Below are positions 8,157 through 19,484 of a stretch of 64,000 bases of DNA, in pieces (the stretch's first letter is position 1; each line of letters opens with the position of its first letter). Position numbers and translations under genes: made by a program. The stretch is from NCBI GenBank assembly GCA_965200895.1, contig CBDAVM010000002.1, positions 1,701,089-1,765,088 of the forward strand. The letters run 5' to 3'. Source of the DNA: Vicinamibacterales bacterium. Its GTDB lineage: Bacteria; Acidobacteriota; Vicinamibacteria; Vicinamibacterales; UBA8438. The notes below the pieces were generated by a model. That model was not told where the DNA came from, did not search any database, and worked only from the letters and a program-made list of their open reading frames with translations.

Positions 8157-9146
8157 ATGCAACTTCGGCTCGCCGGCATCGTCTGGATTCTGTTCGTCCT
8201 GATCGCGCCGGGGTCGATGGCTCCGGCTTCCGTCCACGCGCAGGCGTCGACCGACGGAACGTCCATGCCCCGCACGCCGGACGGGCGGCCCGACCTCCAG
8301 GGCGTCTGGGATTTCAGCTCCCTGACGCCGCTCCAACGACCCGCCGAGCTCGCAGGACGGGAGTTCCTGACCGACGAGGACGTGGCCGCGCTCGAAGCGC
8401 GGGCGGCCGCGCGGGTGGACACCGCCCCGCGCCCGGGGGACCCCGGCAGCTACAACCGGTTCTGGTTCGCGGACGGCACCCGGGTCGTCGAGACGCGGCG
8501 GACGGCGCTCATCGTCGATCCGCCGGACGGGCGTCTGCCGGCCTATGAACCGGAGGGCAGGGCGCGGATGGCCGCCCGCGAGGAGGCGCGGGGCCGGAAC
8601 GCCGGTCCGGAGGACCGCGACGTGGACGAGCGCTGCATCCTCGGCTTCAATTCCGGGCCGCCGATGCTGCCCGGCGCGTACAACAACTTCGTGCAGTTGT
8701 TCCAGACGCCGGGCCACGTGGCGATCCTCAACGAGATGGTGAACGACGTGCGGCTCGTCCCCCTGGACGGCCGGCGGGCGCTGTCGCCCGAAGTGCGCCA
8801 GTGGAAGGGGAACTCGCGCGGCCGCTGGGAGGGCGACACCCTCGTGGTCGAAACCGGGAACTTCCAGGATCTCGGCACCGCGCACCCTGCCCCCAACATG
8901 GAGCTCCTCGAAGCCCTCGGCCCGCATCTGCAACTGACGGAACGGTTCAGCCTCCTCGACGCCGACACGTTGCTCTATCGGTTCACGATCGACGATCCGA
9001 CCGCGTTCACCCGACCCTGGAGCGTCGAGATGACGATGACGAGGTCGGCTGACCGGCTGTACGAGTACGCGTGCCACGAGGGAAACTACGGCCTGTACAA
9101 CATCCTCGCCGGCGCGCAGGCCGAGGGGCGAACCACCGGGCCGTGA
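8157..9146 (+). CDS. Secreted protein of unassigned family, paralog A ('YEYACHEGNY' family)
   Basis: Signal peptide MQLRLAGIVWILFVLIAPGSMAPASVHAQA; AAGGGGA RBS. Shares the blocks PDLxGxWD, TPLQRP, IxDPPDGRxP, ERCxLGF, WEGDTLVVxTxNF, LLYRFTxDDPT and YEYACHExNY with ORFs 38733..39860 and 39999..41012. Confidence 0.75.
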   Translation: MQLRLAGIVWILFVLIAPGSMAPASVHAQASTDGTSMPRTPDGRPDLQGVWDFSSLTPLQRPAELAGREFLTDEDVAALEARAAARVDTAPRPGDPGSYNRFWFADGTRVVETRRTALIVDPPDGRLPAYEPEGRARMAAREEARGRNAGPEDRDVDERCILGFNSGPPMLPGAYNNFVQLFQTPGHVAILNEMVNDVRLVPLDGRRALSPEVRQWKGNSRGRWEGDTLVVETGNFQDLGTAHPAPNMELLEALGPHLQLTERFSLLDADTLLYRFTIDDPTAFTRPWSVEMTMTRSADRLYEYACHEGNYGLYNILAGAQAEGRTTGP

Positions 9147-9426
9147 CCCGCGCGGTCGTCTTTGAACGGCGGGGTCGGCCCGCCGGAGCGGACGGGAACG
9201 CCCGGGCCCTGCAGAACGCAGCGACCGGGCATCGTCCTCCACCATGTGGCGAGCGAGGATCCCGGGGCAGCGGAACCGACATGCGGCACTGCTGCGAGTG
9301 ACTCCGCGCGCCGTCAGGGTCGTCGCCACCGCTGCGCGGCCCGGCGCCACCGCGACCGAGGGACGCTCGGCCACGGATCGGACATAATGGGCGCTCGGTA
9401 CCGAGGGCGGACAGGAGGCGGCAGAA

Positions 9427-10458
9427 ATGAAGACACGACACCCGGCGAACGCACGTCGACGGGCGAACCGCGCGCACTGGATGGTCCCGGCGCTGGTGAT
9501 CGCCGCCGCACTCGCCGTCGCCGTTCCGGCCTGTGGGCCGCCCAACAGCGGTGCCGGCCTGACCGTGCGGCTGTCGATCGCCACCGGCGGCACCGGCGGC
9601 GTCTACTATCCGTACGGCGGCGGCATCGCCAAGGTGATCAGCGACTACGTCGACGGCGTCGAGGCGACGGCCGAGGTGACGGCCGGGACGGTGGACAACC
9701 TGAAGTTCATCGCCAACCGCTCTGCGGATCTGGCCTTCGGCCTGGCCGACTCCATCGACGACGCGGCGAACCAGCGCGGCGTGTTCGCCGACTTCGGCGA
9801 GGTGCCGATGCGCGGGCTGGCCGTGCTGTACGACAACTACAACCACCTCGTCTCGGTCACCGCGACCGGCATCGAGACGGTCGCCGACCTGAAGGACCGG
9901 GTGGTGTCGACCGGCGCGCCCGGCAGCGGCACGGAAGTGAGCGCCTTCCGCATCCTGGAGGCGGGGGGCGTGAATCCGGAGACCGACATCACGCGGCAGA
10001 GCCTCGGCGCGGCGCAGTCGGTGGACGCCATCAAGGACGACAAGATCGACGCGTTCTTCTTCAGCGGCGGCCTGCCGACCGGGGCCATCCTCGACCTGGC
10101 CTCCACGCCCGGCCGCACCATCAAGGTGGTGCCGAACGGCGAGACGCTCCCGACGCTGCAGGAGCAGTACGGCTCGCTCGTGTATCACAACTCGCCCATC
10201 CCGCCGTCGGTCTATCCGGGCATGGAGGACACGGTGACCGTCGTGGCCGTCTCCAACGTGCTCGTAGTGCATGCGGACATGGACGAGGAGCTGGCCTATC
10301 AACTGACGCGGGTCCTGTTCGACCACCACGAGGAGCTGGCCGCGGTGCACCCGATGGCCGCCATCCTGACGCTGGACACGGCGACGGCCGGCTCGCCCAT
10401 CCCGTTCCACGACGGCGCGATCCGCTACTACCAGGAACGGGGCGTCTGGTCCGAGTGA
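9427..10458 (+). CDS. TAXI-family TRAP transporter solute-binding receptor (lipoprotein)
   Basis: Lipobox AVAVPAC, then the TAXI hallmarks LSIATGGTGGVYYPYGGGIAKV, STGAPGSGTE, DAFFFSGGLPTGAI and PFHDGAIRYYQERG. CAGGAGG RBS. Confidence 0.85.
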   Translation: MKTRHPANARRRANRAHWMVPALVIAAALAVAVPACGPPNSGAGLTVRLSIATGGTGGVYYPYGGGIAKVISDYVDGVEATAEVTAGTVDNLKFIANRSADLAFGLADSIDDAANQRGVFADFGEVPMRGLAVLYDNYNHLVSVTATGIETVADLKDRVVSTGAPGSGTEVSAFRILEAGGVNPETDITRQSLGAAQSVDAIKDDKIDAFFFSGGLPTGAILDLASTPGRTIKVVPNGETLPTLQEQYGSLVYHNSPIPPSVYPGMEDTVTVVAVSNVLVVHADMDEELAYQLTRVLFDHHEELAAVHPMAAILTLDTATAGSPIPFHDGAIRYYQERGVWSE

Positions 10459-10596
10459 GAGCCGCTCGACGACGCCGCGAGCCTGGGACGGGAGCCGACG
10501 CTGACGACACCTGACTCGCCGACCGAGGTCCACGACGACCCGGAAGCCGATGTCCCGACGCGCAGACTGACGGGCCTGACGGCGACACTGGCCACC

Positions 10597-12420
10597 GTGC
10601 TCGCCGCGGGGCTGTCCCTGTACGCCCTCTACTGGGTGGTGGGCATCATCCAGCCGCAGATCTACCGGGTCAGCTTCCTGCTGGTCACCCTCGTCCTGAC
10701 GTTCCTCGTCTTCCCGGCCCATCCGCGCTGGCGAGCGCGGCCGGTGTGGCTCGACTGGGCGCTCGCCGCCGCCGCCGTCGCGGCGCTGGCGTGGCCGGTC
10801 ATCGACTTCGACCAGTTCGTCTACCGCGCCGCCACGCCGCTCGCGGTGGATCTGGTCCTCGGCGTGGTCACGACGCTGCTGGTCCTGGAGGCCACGCGCC
10901 GGACGGTCGGGCCGATCCTGCCGGTGACGGCGGTGGCGTTCCTGCTCTACGGCTACTACGGCCCCTACCTGGAGCTGGTCGGGCTGGAGCTGTTCGCGCA
11001 CCGCGGCTACGACGCGGCGCGCCTTGTCGGCACGCTGTACATGACGCTGGAGGGCATCTTCGGCGTGCCGCTGAACGTGTGCGCCACCTTCATCATCCTG
11101 TTCACCATCTTCGGCTCGGTCCTGGCCAAGTCCGGTGCCGGACCGTTCTTCATCAACTGGACGATGGCGGCGTTCGGGCGCTCGGACAGCGGCGCGGGGC
11201 CGGGCCGGACGGTGACGCTGTCGGGCTTCCTGCTCGGCACCGTGTCGGGCAGCGGCGTGGCGACCACGGTGACGCTGGGCGCGGTGGTCTGGCCGCTGCT
11301 GCGGCGCGCGGGCTTCTCGGCCGAGATCGGGGGCGGCATCCTCTCGGCCAGCGGCATCGGGGCCATCATGGCGCCGCCGATGATGGGAGCCGCTGCGTTC
11401 CTCATCGCCGAGTTCCTGCAGATCACGTATCTGCAGGTGATCGTGATGGCGATCGTCCCGGCCATCCTCTACTACCTCTCCATCGTGCTGATGATCGAGG
11501 CGGACGCCCGCCGGCTGGGAACGAAAGCGGTCACCGTCGACCTCCCGTCGGTCGGCGAGCTGACCCGCCGCCACGGCTACCAGTTCCTGCCGCTCATCGC
11601 CATCGTCGTGCTGCTGGTGAGCGGGATGACCCCGTTCCGGGCCGTCTTCCTGTCGACGCTGCTCGCCGTCGGCCTCAGCTTCCTCAACCGCAGGAACGCG
11701 CTCTGGCCTCGCCGGCTGCTCGAGGCACTCGAGGCCGGCGGCCGCGGCGTGCTGTCGGTTGCGGCGACGACCGCCACGGCGGGGATCATCGTCGGGGTGG
11801 TGACGCTGACCGGCCTCGGGCTGAAGCTGTCCGGCATCATCGTCTCGCTCGCCGGCGGCAACATCTTCCTGACGGTGGTCTACGCCGCCGTCGCGGTCTG
11901 GATGCTCGGCCTCGCCGTCCCGGTCACCGCCTCCTACATCATCGCGGCGGTCATGATCGCACCGGCCCTGACCCTGGTCGGCGTCCCCGAGTTCGCCGCG
12001 CACATGTTCATCTTCTACTACGCGGTGCTCTCCGAGGTCAGCCCGCCGACGGCGCTCTCGCCGTTCGCGGCGGCCGCCATCACCGGCGGCAACCCGTTCC
12101 AGACGATGATGCTGACCTGGAAGTACACGCTGCCGGCCTTCCTGGTGCCGTTCGCGTTCACGGTCAGCCCGGAGGGGGCCGGCGTCCTGCTGCAGGCGCC
12201 GCTCGGCGACATCGTGCGGACCGTCGGCACCGCCGCCGTGGGCGTGAGCGCGCTGGCGATGGGGCTCGGGGGCTGGCTGCGGCAGGCCGCGAACCCGGTC
12301 GAGCGCGTCGCGGCGGTGGTCGGGGGCCTGCTGCTCTTCTACGCGACCACCGTCACGGATATCATGGGACTGGTGCTGTTCGGCGCGGCCATCGCGCTGC
12401 ATCTGGTCCGCACCCGCTGA
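10597..12420 (+). CDS. TRAP transporter fused DctQ/DctM-type permease (TAXI-associated)
   Basis: About 18 predicted TM segments; typical TAXI-linked fused permease sequence. The true start is probably upstream of 10597: the conserved-looking RRLTGLTATLATVLAAGLSLYALYW is in frame, but no ATG/GTG/TTG exists between the receptor stop (10456-10458) and 10597. Confidence 0.8.
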   Translation: MLAAGLSLYALYWVVGIIQPQIYRVSFLLVTLVLTFLVFPAHPRWRARPVWLDWALAAAAVAALAWPVIDFDQFVYRAATPLAVDLVLGVVTTLLVLEATRRTVGPILPVTAVAFLLYGYYGPYLELVGLELFAHRGYDAARLVGTLYMTLEGIFGVPLNVCATFIILFTIFGSVLAKSGAGPFFINWTMAAFGRSDSGAGPGRTVTLSGFLLGTVSGSGVATTVTLGAVVWPLLRRAGFSAEIGGGILSASGIGAIMAPPMMGAAAFLIAEFLQITYLQVIVMAIVPAILYYLSIVLMIEADARRLGTKAVTVDLPSVGELTRRHGYQFLPLIAIVVLLVSGMTPFRAVFLSTLLAVGLSFLNRRNALWPRRLLEALEAGGRGVLSVAATTATAGIIVGVVTLTGLGLKLSGIIVSLAGGNIFLTVVYAAVAVWMLGLAVPVTASYIIAAVMIAPALTLVGVPEFAAHMFIFYYAVLSEVSPPTALSPFAAAAITGGNPFQTMMLTWKYTLPAFLVPFAFTVSPEGAGVLLQAPLGDIVRTVGTAAVGVSALAMGLGGWLRQAANPVERVAAVVGGLLLFYATTVTDIMGLVLFGAAIALHLVRTR

Positions 12421-12582
12421 GGGTGTGGTCGAGGTGACGGGATGGCCGGTCGGCGCCGCCGAGGCGCCGGGAGTCCCACAGGATCGGGGGAATGCAGTCG
12501 TCTGGTCCGCGCTCCTGCGGGCCCGTGCGATGGATTCCGCGGAGGATCGGATAGAGGTTCACCGGAGGATCGAGGTAACACC

Positions 12583-13881
12583 ATGAGATCACGGATTCGC
12601 CTGACGGCGCTCGCCGTCGTGTTCGCGCTGCTGCTCGTTCCGCAGACCCTGCTGGCCCAGGGGCTGGAACGCGTCACGCCGGAAGAGGTCGGGATGTCGT
12701 CGGAGCGGCTCGACCGCCTGAGCCTGGCGCTCGAGGGCTACGTCGACGAGGGCCGGCTGGCCGGCGCGGTGACCATCGTGGTGCGGCGCGGCCGGATCGC
12801 CTACCGCGAGGGGATCGGCTACCGCGACGTCGAGGCGCAGGCGCCGATGCCGTCCGACGGCATCTTCCGCATCGCGTCGCAGACCAAGGCGCTCGCCAGC
12901 GTCGGCGTCATGCTGCTGCAGGAGGAAGGCAGGCTGCTGATCACCGACCCGGTCGGCAAGTACCTGCCGGCGTTCGCCGAGACGACCGTCGCCGAGCCGA
13001 ACGACGAGGGCGGCTACGACGTGGTGCCGGCGCGCCGGCCGATCACCATCCGCGACCTGCTGACGCACACCGCCGGCATCAGCTACGGCATGGGCCTGCT
13101 GGCCAACCGCGGGCCGGCCGCCGACGCGTGGGCCGACGCGGGCATCACCGGCTGGTACTTCGCCGACCGCGACGAGACGGTGGGCGACACCATGGCGCGG
13201 CTCGCCGAGCTGCCGATGGACGCGCATCCCGGCGAGCGCTGGATCTACGGCTACAACACCGACATCCTGGGCGCGATGATCGAGAAGATCAGCGGTCAGA
13301 CGCTCGGCGCGTTCCTCAAGGAACGGCTGTTCGACCCGCTCGGGATGACCGATACGCACTTCTTCCTGCCAGAGAACAAGCTGGGCCGGCTGGCGACCGT
13401 CTATTCGTCCGTCGGGGACGGGAACAGCTTCGAGCGGGCGCCCGACCCGGGTCACATGGTGGGCCAGGGACACTACGTGAACGGCCCGCGCAAGGCGTTC
13501 TCGGCGGGCGCCGGAGTGCTGTCGACCGCCACCGACTACGCCACGTTCCTGCAGATGATGCTCAACGGCGGCGAGCTGAACGGCACGCGCATCCTGTCGC
13601 GCAAGACGGTCGAGTCGATGATCTCCGACCACCTGGGCGACATCCCGTTCCGCAACGGCCAGGGCTTCGGCCTCGGCTTCTCCGTCACGCACGACCCGGC
13701 CGCCGGCGGCCTGCCCGGCTCGGTCGGCGAGTTCGCCTGGGCCGGCGCCTACCACTCCGTCTACTGGGTCGACCCGCAGGAGGAGATGGTCGTCGTCTAC
13801 CTGACGCAGATCATCCCGGCCATCGGCCTCGACGACCAGCAGAAGGTGAGATCGCTGGTCTACCAGGCGATCGTCGACTGA
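12583..13881 (+). CDS. Serine hydrolase, beta-lactamase/transpeptidase-like family, exported
   Basis: Trimmed to ATG 12583 (GGAGGA upstream). Signal MRSRIRLTALAVVFALLLVPQTLLAQG. SxxK motif in FRIASQTKALASVG; YGYNTD (YxN-like). Confidence 0.8.
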   Translation: MRSRIRLTALAVVFALLLVPQTLLAQGLERVTPEEVGMSSERLDRLSLALEGYVDEGRLAGAVTIVVRRGRIAYREGIGYRDVEAQAPMPSDGIFRIASQTKALASVGVMLLQEEGRLLITDPVGKYLPAFAETTVAEPNDEGGYDVVPARRPITIRDLLTHTAGISYGMGLLANRGPAADAWADAGITGWYFADRDETVGDTMARLAELPMDAHPGERWIYGYNTDILGAMIEKISGQTLGAFLKERLFDPLGMTDTHFFLPENKLGRLATVYSSVGDGNSFERAPDPGHMVGQGHYVNGPRKAFSAGAGVLSTATDYATFLQMMLNGGELNGTRILSRKTVESMISDHLGDIPFRNGQGFGLGFSVTHDPAAGGLPGSVGEFAWAGAYHSVYWVDPQEEMVVVYLTQIIPAIGLDDQQKVRSLVYQAIVD

Positions 13882-13893
13882 CGGCTCACGAGA

Positions 13894-13926
13894 GTCGGGG
13901 CGGCCGACACGCCCGGCCGTCCCGAC
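13894..13926. terminator. GC-rich hairpin between convergent genes (possible bidirectional terminator)
   Basis: GTCGGGGCGGCC-gacacgc-CCGGCCGTCCCGAC lies between the stops at 13881 (+) and 13994 (-). Confidence 0.35.
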
Positions 13927-13993
13927 AACGCACGCTGCGGACACGCGACTCGGAGGACCTTTTCGCCCGCCGGCCGGAGGTCGCCGCCACGCC

Positions 13994-15670
<1,677 letters not shown>

Positions 15671-15803
15671 GATCCTCCGATCCTAGCAGTCCGGTATGCC
15701 TGTGTTCGGGCACCCAAGGCGCCGGGCGCGACCCTGGTCCTCCGCCTCCGGGCACATCCCCCGAAGCCCCGGCGCGACGCCTGCGGCGGACCCGCGGCCG
15801 GCA

Positions 15804-15840
15804 CGAAAAACGGCCGGGGAACCTCCAGGCTCCCCGGCCC
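15804..15840 (-). terminator. Intrinsic terminator downstream of TonB-dependent receptor 1
   Basis: The minus strand reads GGCCGGGGAGCCTGGAGGTTCCCCGGCC followed by GTTTTTCG. Confidence 0.6.
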
Positions 15841-15890
15841 TGATGGAATTGCGTCACGCCCGATGCGCGACGCGAACGTCAGGCCGCCGC

Positions 15891-18800
15891 CTACCAGTGC
15901 AGGTGCGTGGCAAGCTGCAGGAAGCGGCGGTTGATGGTCCGCGTCGCGTTGCCGAGACTCCCGCCGAACGTCGTGTTGAAGCGCGTGATCGGGAAGTAGT
16001 TCGGCAGGTTGTAGACGTCGGCCTGCACGTCCCAGCGCATGCCGTTGGGCAACTGGAAGCTCTTGCGCACCGAGATGTCGATCTGCGTCAGCCGGTCGGC
16101 GAAGAGCGAGCCGGGCGGCATCAGCGGGATCGAGAGACCCTGCGTCCGCGTCACGCCCTGGGCCGCGAAGTCGTCCACGCTCGTGTTGTAGTTCACGTTG
16201 CCGATGTAGGCGTGGACGTCGTCGAACGTCGTGCCGCCCTGGTTGGTGCCGCCGAAGTTGTCAGTGCCCCGGATGGCCATCTCCTGCGCCGGATAGAACT
16301 GCGCCGAACCGCTGAGCTGGATGCCGCCGGGCAGCGGCACCGTGCCCGAGATCTTGAAGTCGTGCAGCCACGGGATGTCGTACTGCGACGCGTCGCAGAA
16401 CAGCAGCCGGTTGGGATCCTCCGGCTGGTCGCAGCGATTCAGGATCGCGCGCTCCATCGACCAGCCGCCGAAGATCGTCGCGCCGGCGGCCAGCCGCGCG
16501 TTGAAGCCGGCCTCGAAGCCGTTGTAGACGTCGGTGTTCGAGTCCGAGTTGCGCATGAAGCGGTCGGTGCCGGTCAGCCCCCGCGCCTCCGGGTTCAGGT
16601 TGTAGATGGTGAGCGTCGGCGGCGCCGAAACGCCCCGCGTCGAGCAGGGGAACCCGTTGGGCGCCATACCGGTGGCGGCGCACGGGTTGGGGATGGACAG
16701 CGCCGTCCAGTCGGCGTGGGTCACGCCGCGGCCGTACTGGATGATGGGGTCGAACGATTCGCGCCGGTACCAGTTCACGTTGACCGAGAGCCCCGTCACC
16801 AGCTCGCGCTCGATGCCGAGGTTCATCAGACTGACCCAGGGCCGCTCCACGCCGGCGGGATCCTCTGTGGGCACCGCGCCCGGAAGACCGAAGGCGGACG
16901 ACACCGGAAAGCCGATCTCCCAGTCCTGCACGTAGTCGTCGCCGTTGGTCCCGCCGTTGTGCACGGTGCCGGCGGCGCCGACCGTGTGCATGTCGGCCAT
17001 GCTCGTCCCGAAGGCGACGGCCGGGTCGAAGCCCATCGCCATCAGCTCCTGCCGGGTCGCGCAGCGCGTGTCGTCCATCGGACTCAGCGCGCAGTCGAAC
17101 CAGTTGCGGTTCTCGCCCACGTGCGTGACGGCGTTGAACTGCCGCGCGTAGCTCGTGGTGTTCGAACCGTTGTAGCGGCCCCACGAGAACTTCAGCGCCG
17201 TCGATGCGTCGCCGAACAGGTCGTAGGCCATGCCCAGGCGGGGCGCGATGTCGTTCCAGTTCGGGAGCTGGTCGCGGCCGGGCACGTCGAAGTAGGGCAC
17301 GAAGCGGTTCTGCGCGTGGTAGGTGTCGCGGTTGCGCCCCCGGTTGATCTCGTAGCGCACCCCGAGGTTGAGGGTCAGCCGGTCGATGGTCCAGGTGTCC
17401 TGGGCGAAGATGCCCATGTCGCGCTGGTAGTCCATCGGCCGCCAGATGGGCGTATTCGACACGCGCACCTGGTACGGCACGCCCTCCCGGTAGTTCTGCT
17501 GCCACAGGTCGGCGTTCATCGTGTGCGAGCGGTCGTGGATGCCCCAACTGTTCATCACGCCGAACTTCATGTTGTGCGAGCCGGTGACGTAGGACATCGA
17601 GACGTTGTAGTTGAAGCGCTCCGGCGTCTCGTGGACGTAGCTCCAGTTGCCGCGGTCGCGGAAGTTGGCGTTGGCGTCGTTGCGGCGCACGATCTGGTAC
17701 CACGGGTCCATCGTCCCGCCCGACTGCAGGGCGATGGCGGCGGGGTCGCCGACGTGGTAGCAGGGCGTGCTCGCACAGAACGGCACCCCGCCGGTCGGAC
17801 GCGGCTGCCGGAGCTGCTGCGCCGGGCCGAACGGCGGCGCGTCCTGCCGCTCCTCGTAGCTCCAGTTCTCGACGTTCGACGAGTAGCCCGCCTCGAGCAG
17901 CAGCCGGCTGCTGATGGTCGAGGTCCACTTGGCCGACCCGGTGTAGTAGATGGGCGATCCCTGGTGGTTGGGCGCAGTCGCCGGGTCGTCGCCGGCCCCG
18001 TGCGGCCGGAAGCGATCCTTGAAGATGCGGTCCATGTAGGCGGCGAACTTGTTCGACGCGTTCGCCTGCCAGGTCAGCCGCAGCAGGCCGCTGGTGATGG
18101 TGTTGGCGTCGATGCCCGACAGCAGCTCGCGGCCGTCCTTGCCGTCGAGCTTCACCGGACGCGGGTCGAAGTAGCGCGGCCACGTGCCGTCCATGTTGCG
18201 GTAGAAGCTGCCGGTGATCGGCTTGTCCACCTGCCAGCGGCGCGAGCTCATGAAGAACCAGAACTTGTCGCGCACGATCGGCCCGCCGTAGGCGGCGTTC
18301 AGGTCCCAGAACAGGGTGTTGCCCTCCGACGACGAGGCGCGCTCCGCGATCGCGGACGGCACGCTCGTGTGGTCGGCGGCCAGCGCGTTGCTGGAGTAGC
18401 CGGTGTAGAACTGCCCGCTGTAGGTGTTGCCACCCTCGCGCGGGATCATGTTGATGCGCACCCCGCCGCCGGAGGTCTCGGCGGTCATGCCGCTGGTCTC
18501 GTAGGTCATCTCCTGGGTGGCCAGCTCGTTGTGGTAGTTCTGGATGCCGCCGTCGCGGTCGGTGCCGTTGACGAGCTGCCCGTCCACCGCCACGCTGACC
18601 TGCCGCCAGCTCATGCCGTGGGTCATCATGACCGTCTGCTGCGCCGCCGTGGACAGCCCGACCTCGGGCCGGTTCAGCTTGATGCCGACGATGAGCTGCG
18701 CCGTCGACTGCATGTTGCGGCCGGTCGGGATGGCGTCGAGCACCTCGGCGTCGAGCACCTCCACCCGGCGGGTCGACTGCACGTCGACCACCGGCGCCTC

Positions 18801-19166
18801 GCCGGAGACGGTCACCGTCTCCTCGAGCGCGCCGACCGAGAGCTCCGCGTCGACCGTGGCGGTGAAGCCGGCCGGCAGGTCCTGGCCCTCGACCAGGACG
18901 GTCGAGAAGCCGGGCAACGTGAACGTGAGCGTGTAGACGCCGGGCCGCAGGTCGACCAGCGTGTAGCGGCCTGCGCCGTCCGTGATGGCGACGCGGCTGC
19001 CCTCGATGAGCGCCGGCGACGACGCCTCGACGGTGACGCCGGGCAGGATGCCGCCGGTGTTGTCGGTGACCTCTCCGGTCAGCGCGCTGTTGGTCTGGGC
19101 CGCCGCCCACGGGGGCGCCAGGGCCAGCGCCGCCAGCGCGACGACTGCCGTGCAGGAACGTCTCAT
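15891..19166 (-). CDS. TonB-dependent receptor with N-terminal carboxypeptidase-regulatory-like domain (1091 aa)
   Basis: Trimmed to ATG 19166 (GAGGAGGA upstream). Signal MRRSCTAVVALAALALAPPWAAAQ. CarbopepD_reg-like LTGEVTDNTGGILPGVTVEASSPALIEGSRVAITDGAGRYTLVDLRPGVYTLTF; plug-like region; C-terminal aromatic ...ATHLHW. Confidence 0.85.
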   Translation of the reverse strand: MRRSCTAVVALAALALAPPWAAAQTNSALTGEVTDNTGGILPGVTVEASSPALIEGSRVAITDGAGRYTLVDLRPGVYTLTFTLPGFSTVLVEGQDLPAGFTATVDAELSVGALEETVTVSGEAPVVDVQSTRRVEVLDAEVLDAIPTGRNMQSTAQLIVGIKLNRPEVGLSTAAQQTVMMTHGMSWRQVSVAVDGQLVNGTDRDGGIQNYHNELATQEMTYETSGMTAETSGGGVRINMIPREGGNTYSGQFYTGYSSNALAADHTSVPSAIAERASSSEGNTLFWDLNAAYGGPIVRDKFWFFMSSRRWQVDKPITGSFYRNMDGTWPRYFDPRPVKLDGKDGRELLSGIDANTITSGLLRLTWQANASNKFAAYMDRIFKDRFRPHGAGDDPATAPNHQGSPIYYTGSAKWTSTISSRLLLEAGYSSNVENWSYEERQDAPPFGPAQQLRQPRPTGGVPFCASTPCYHVGDPAAIALQSGGTMDPWYQIVRRNDANANFRDRGNWSYVHETPERFNYNVSMSYVTGSHNMKFGVMNSWGIHDRSHTMNADLWQQNYREGVPYQVRVSNTPIWRPMDYQRDMGIFAQDTWTIDRLTLNLGVRYEINRGRNRDTYHAQNRFVPYFDVPGRDQLPNWNDIAPRLGMAYDLFGDASTALKFSWGRYNGSNTTSYARQFNAVTHVGENRNWFDCALSPMDDTRCATRQELMAMGFDPAVAFGTSMADMHTVGAAGTVHNGGTNGDDYVQDWEIGFPVSSAFGLPGAVPTEDPAGVERPWVSLMNLGIERELVTGLSVNVNWYRRESFDPIIQYGRGVTHADWTALSIPNPCAATGMAPNGFPCSTRGVSAPPTLTIYNLNPEARGLTGTDRFMRNSDSNTDVYNGFEAGFNARLAAGATIFGGWSMERAILNRCDQPEDPNRLLFCDASQYDIPWLHDFKISGTVPLPGGIQLSGSAQFYPAQEMAIRGTDNFGGTNQGGTTFDDVHAYIGNVNYNTSVDDFAAQGVTRTQGLSIPLMPPGSLFADRLTQIDISVRKSFQLPNGMRWDVQADVYNLPNYFPITRFNTTFGGSLGNATRTINRRFLQLATHLHW

Positions 19167-19399
19167 GCGTGTCCTCCTCAACATGCGGATGCGACGACCT
19201 TGCGCCCGGACAGTCACTCTGGCGTTCGGCCGCCGGCTGTAGCCCGTACTCAACTACGCGACGGCTCGGATGTCAACCGACGGCGCAGCACTCGTCGTGC
19301 TGGTGCTGCTGGCAGGTGCGGAAGGCGAGCGTGGCATGCGCGACCCTGGTCTTCCGCCCCGGCGTCTCCCCCCGAAGCCCCGGACGCGACGCCTGCGGA

Positions 19400-19437
19400 A
19401 CAAGAAAGGGCCGGGAAACCGTCGGCTCCCCGGCCCT
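19400..19437 (-). terminator. Intrinsic terminator downstream of TonB-dependent receptor 2
   Basis: The minus strand reads GGGCCGGGGAGCCGACGGTTTCCCGGCCC followed by TTTCTTGT. It is homologous to the terminator at 15804-15840. Confidence 0.6.
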
Positions 19438-19484
19438 CGGAAGGTCGCACCCGGCAAGGTCATACCGCGCAGGGTGCGCGGCGC

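Noticed and set aside
9007-12402. 1131-aa minus-strand ORF
   Set aside because: Antisense to the TAXI receptor and TRAP permease, which carry unmistakable family motifs and TM segments. The translation is an Arg/Asp/Gly/His low-complexity product.
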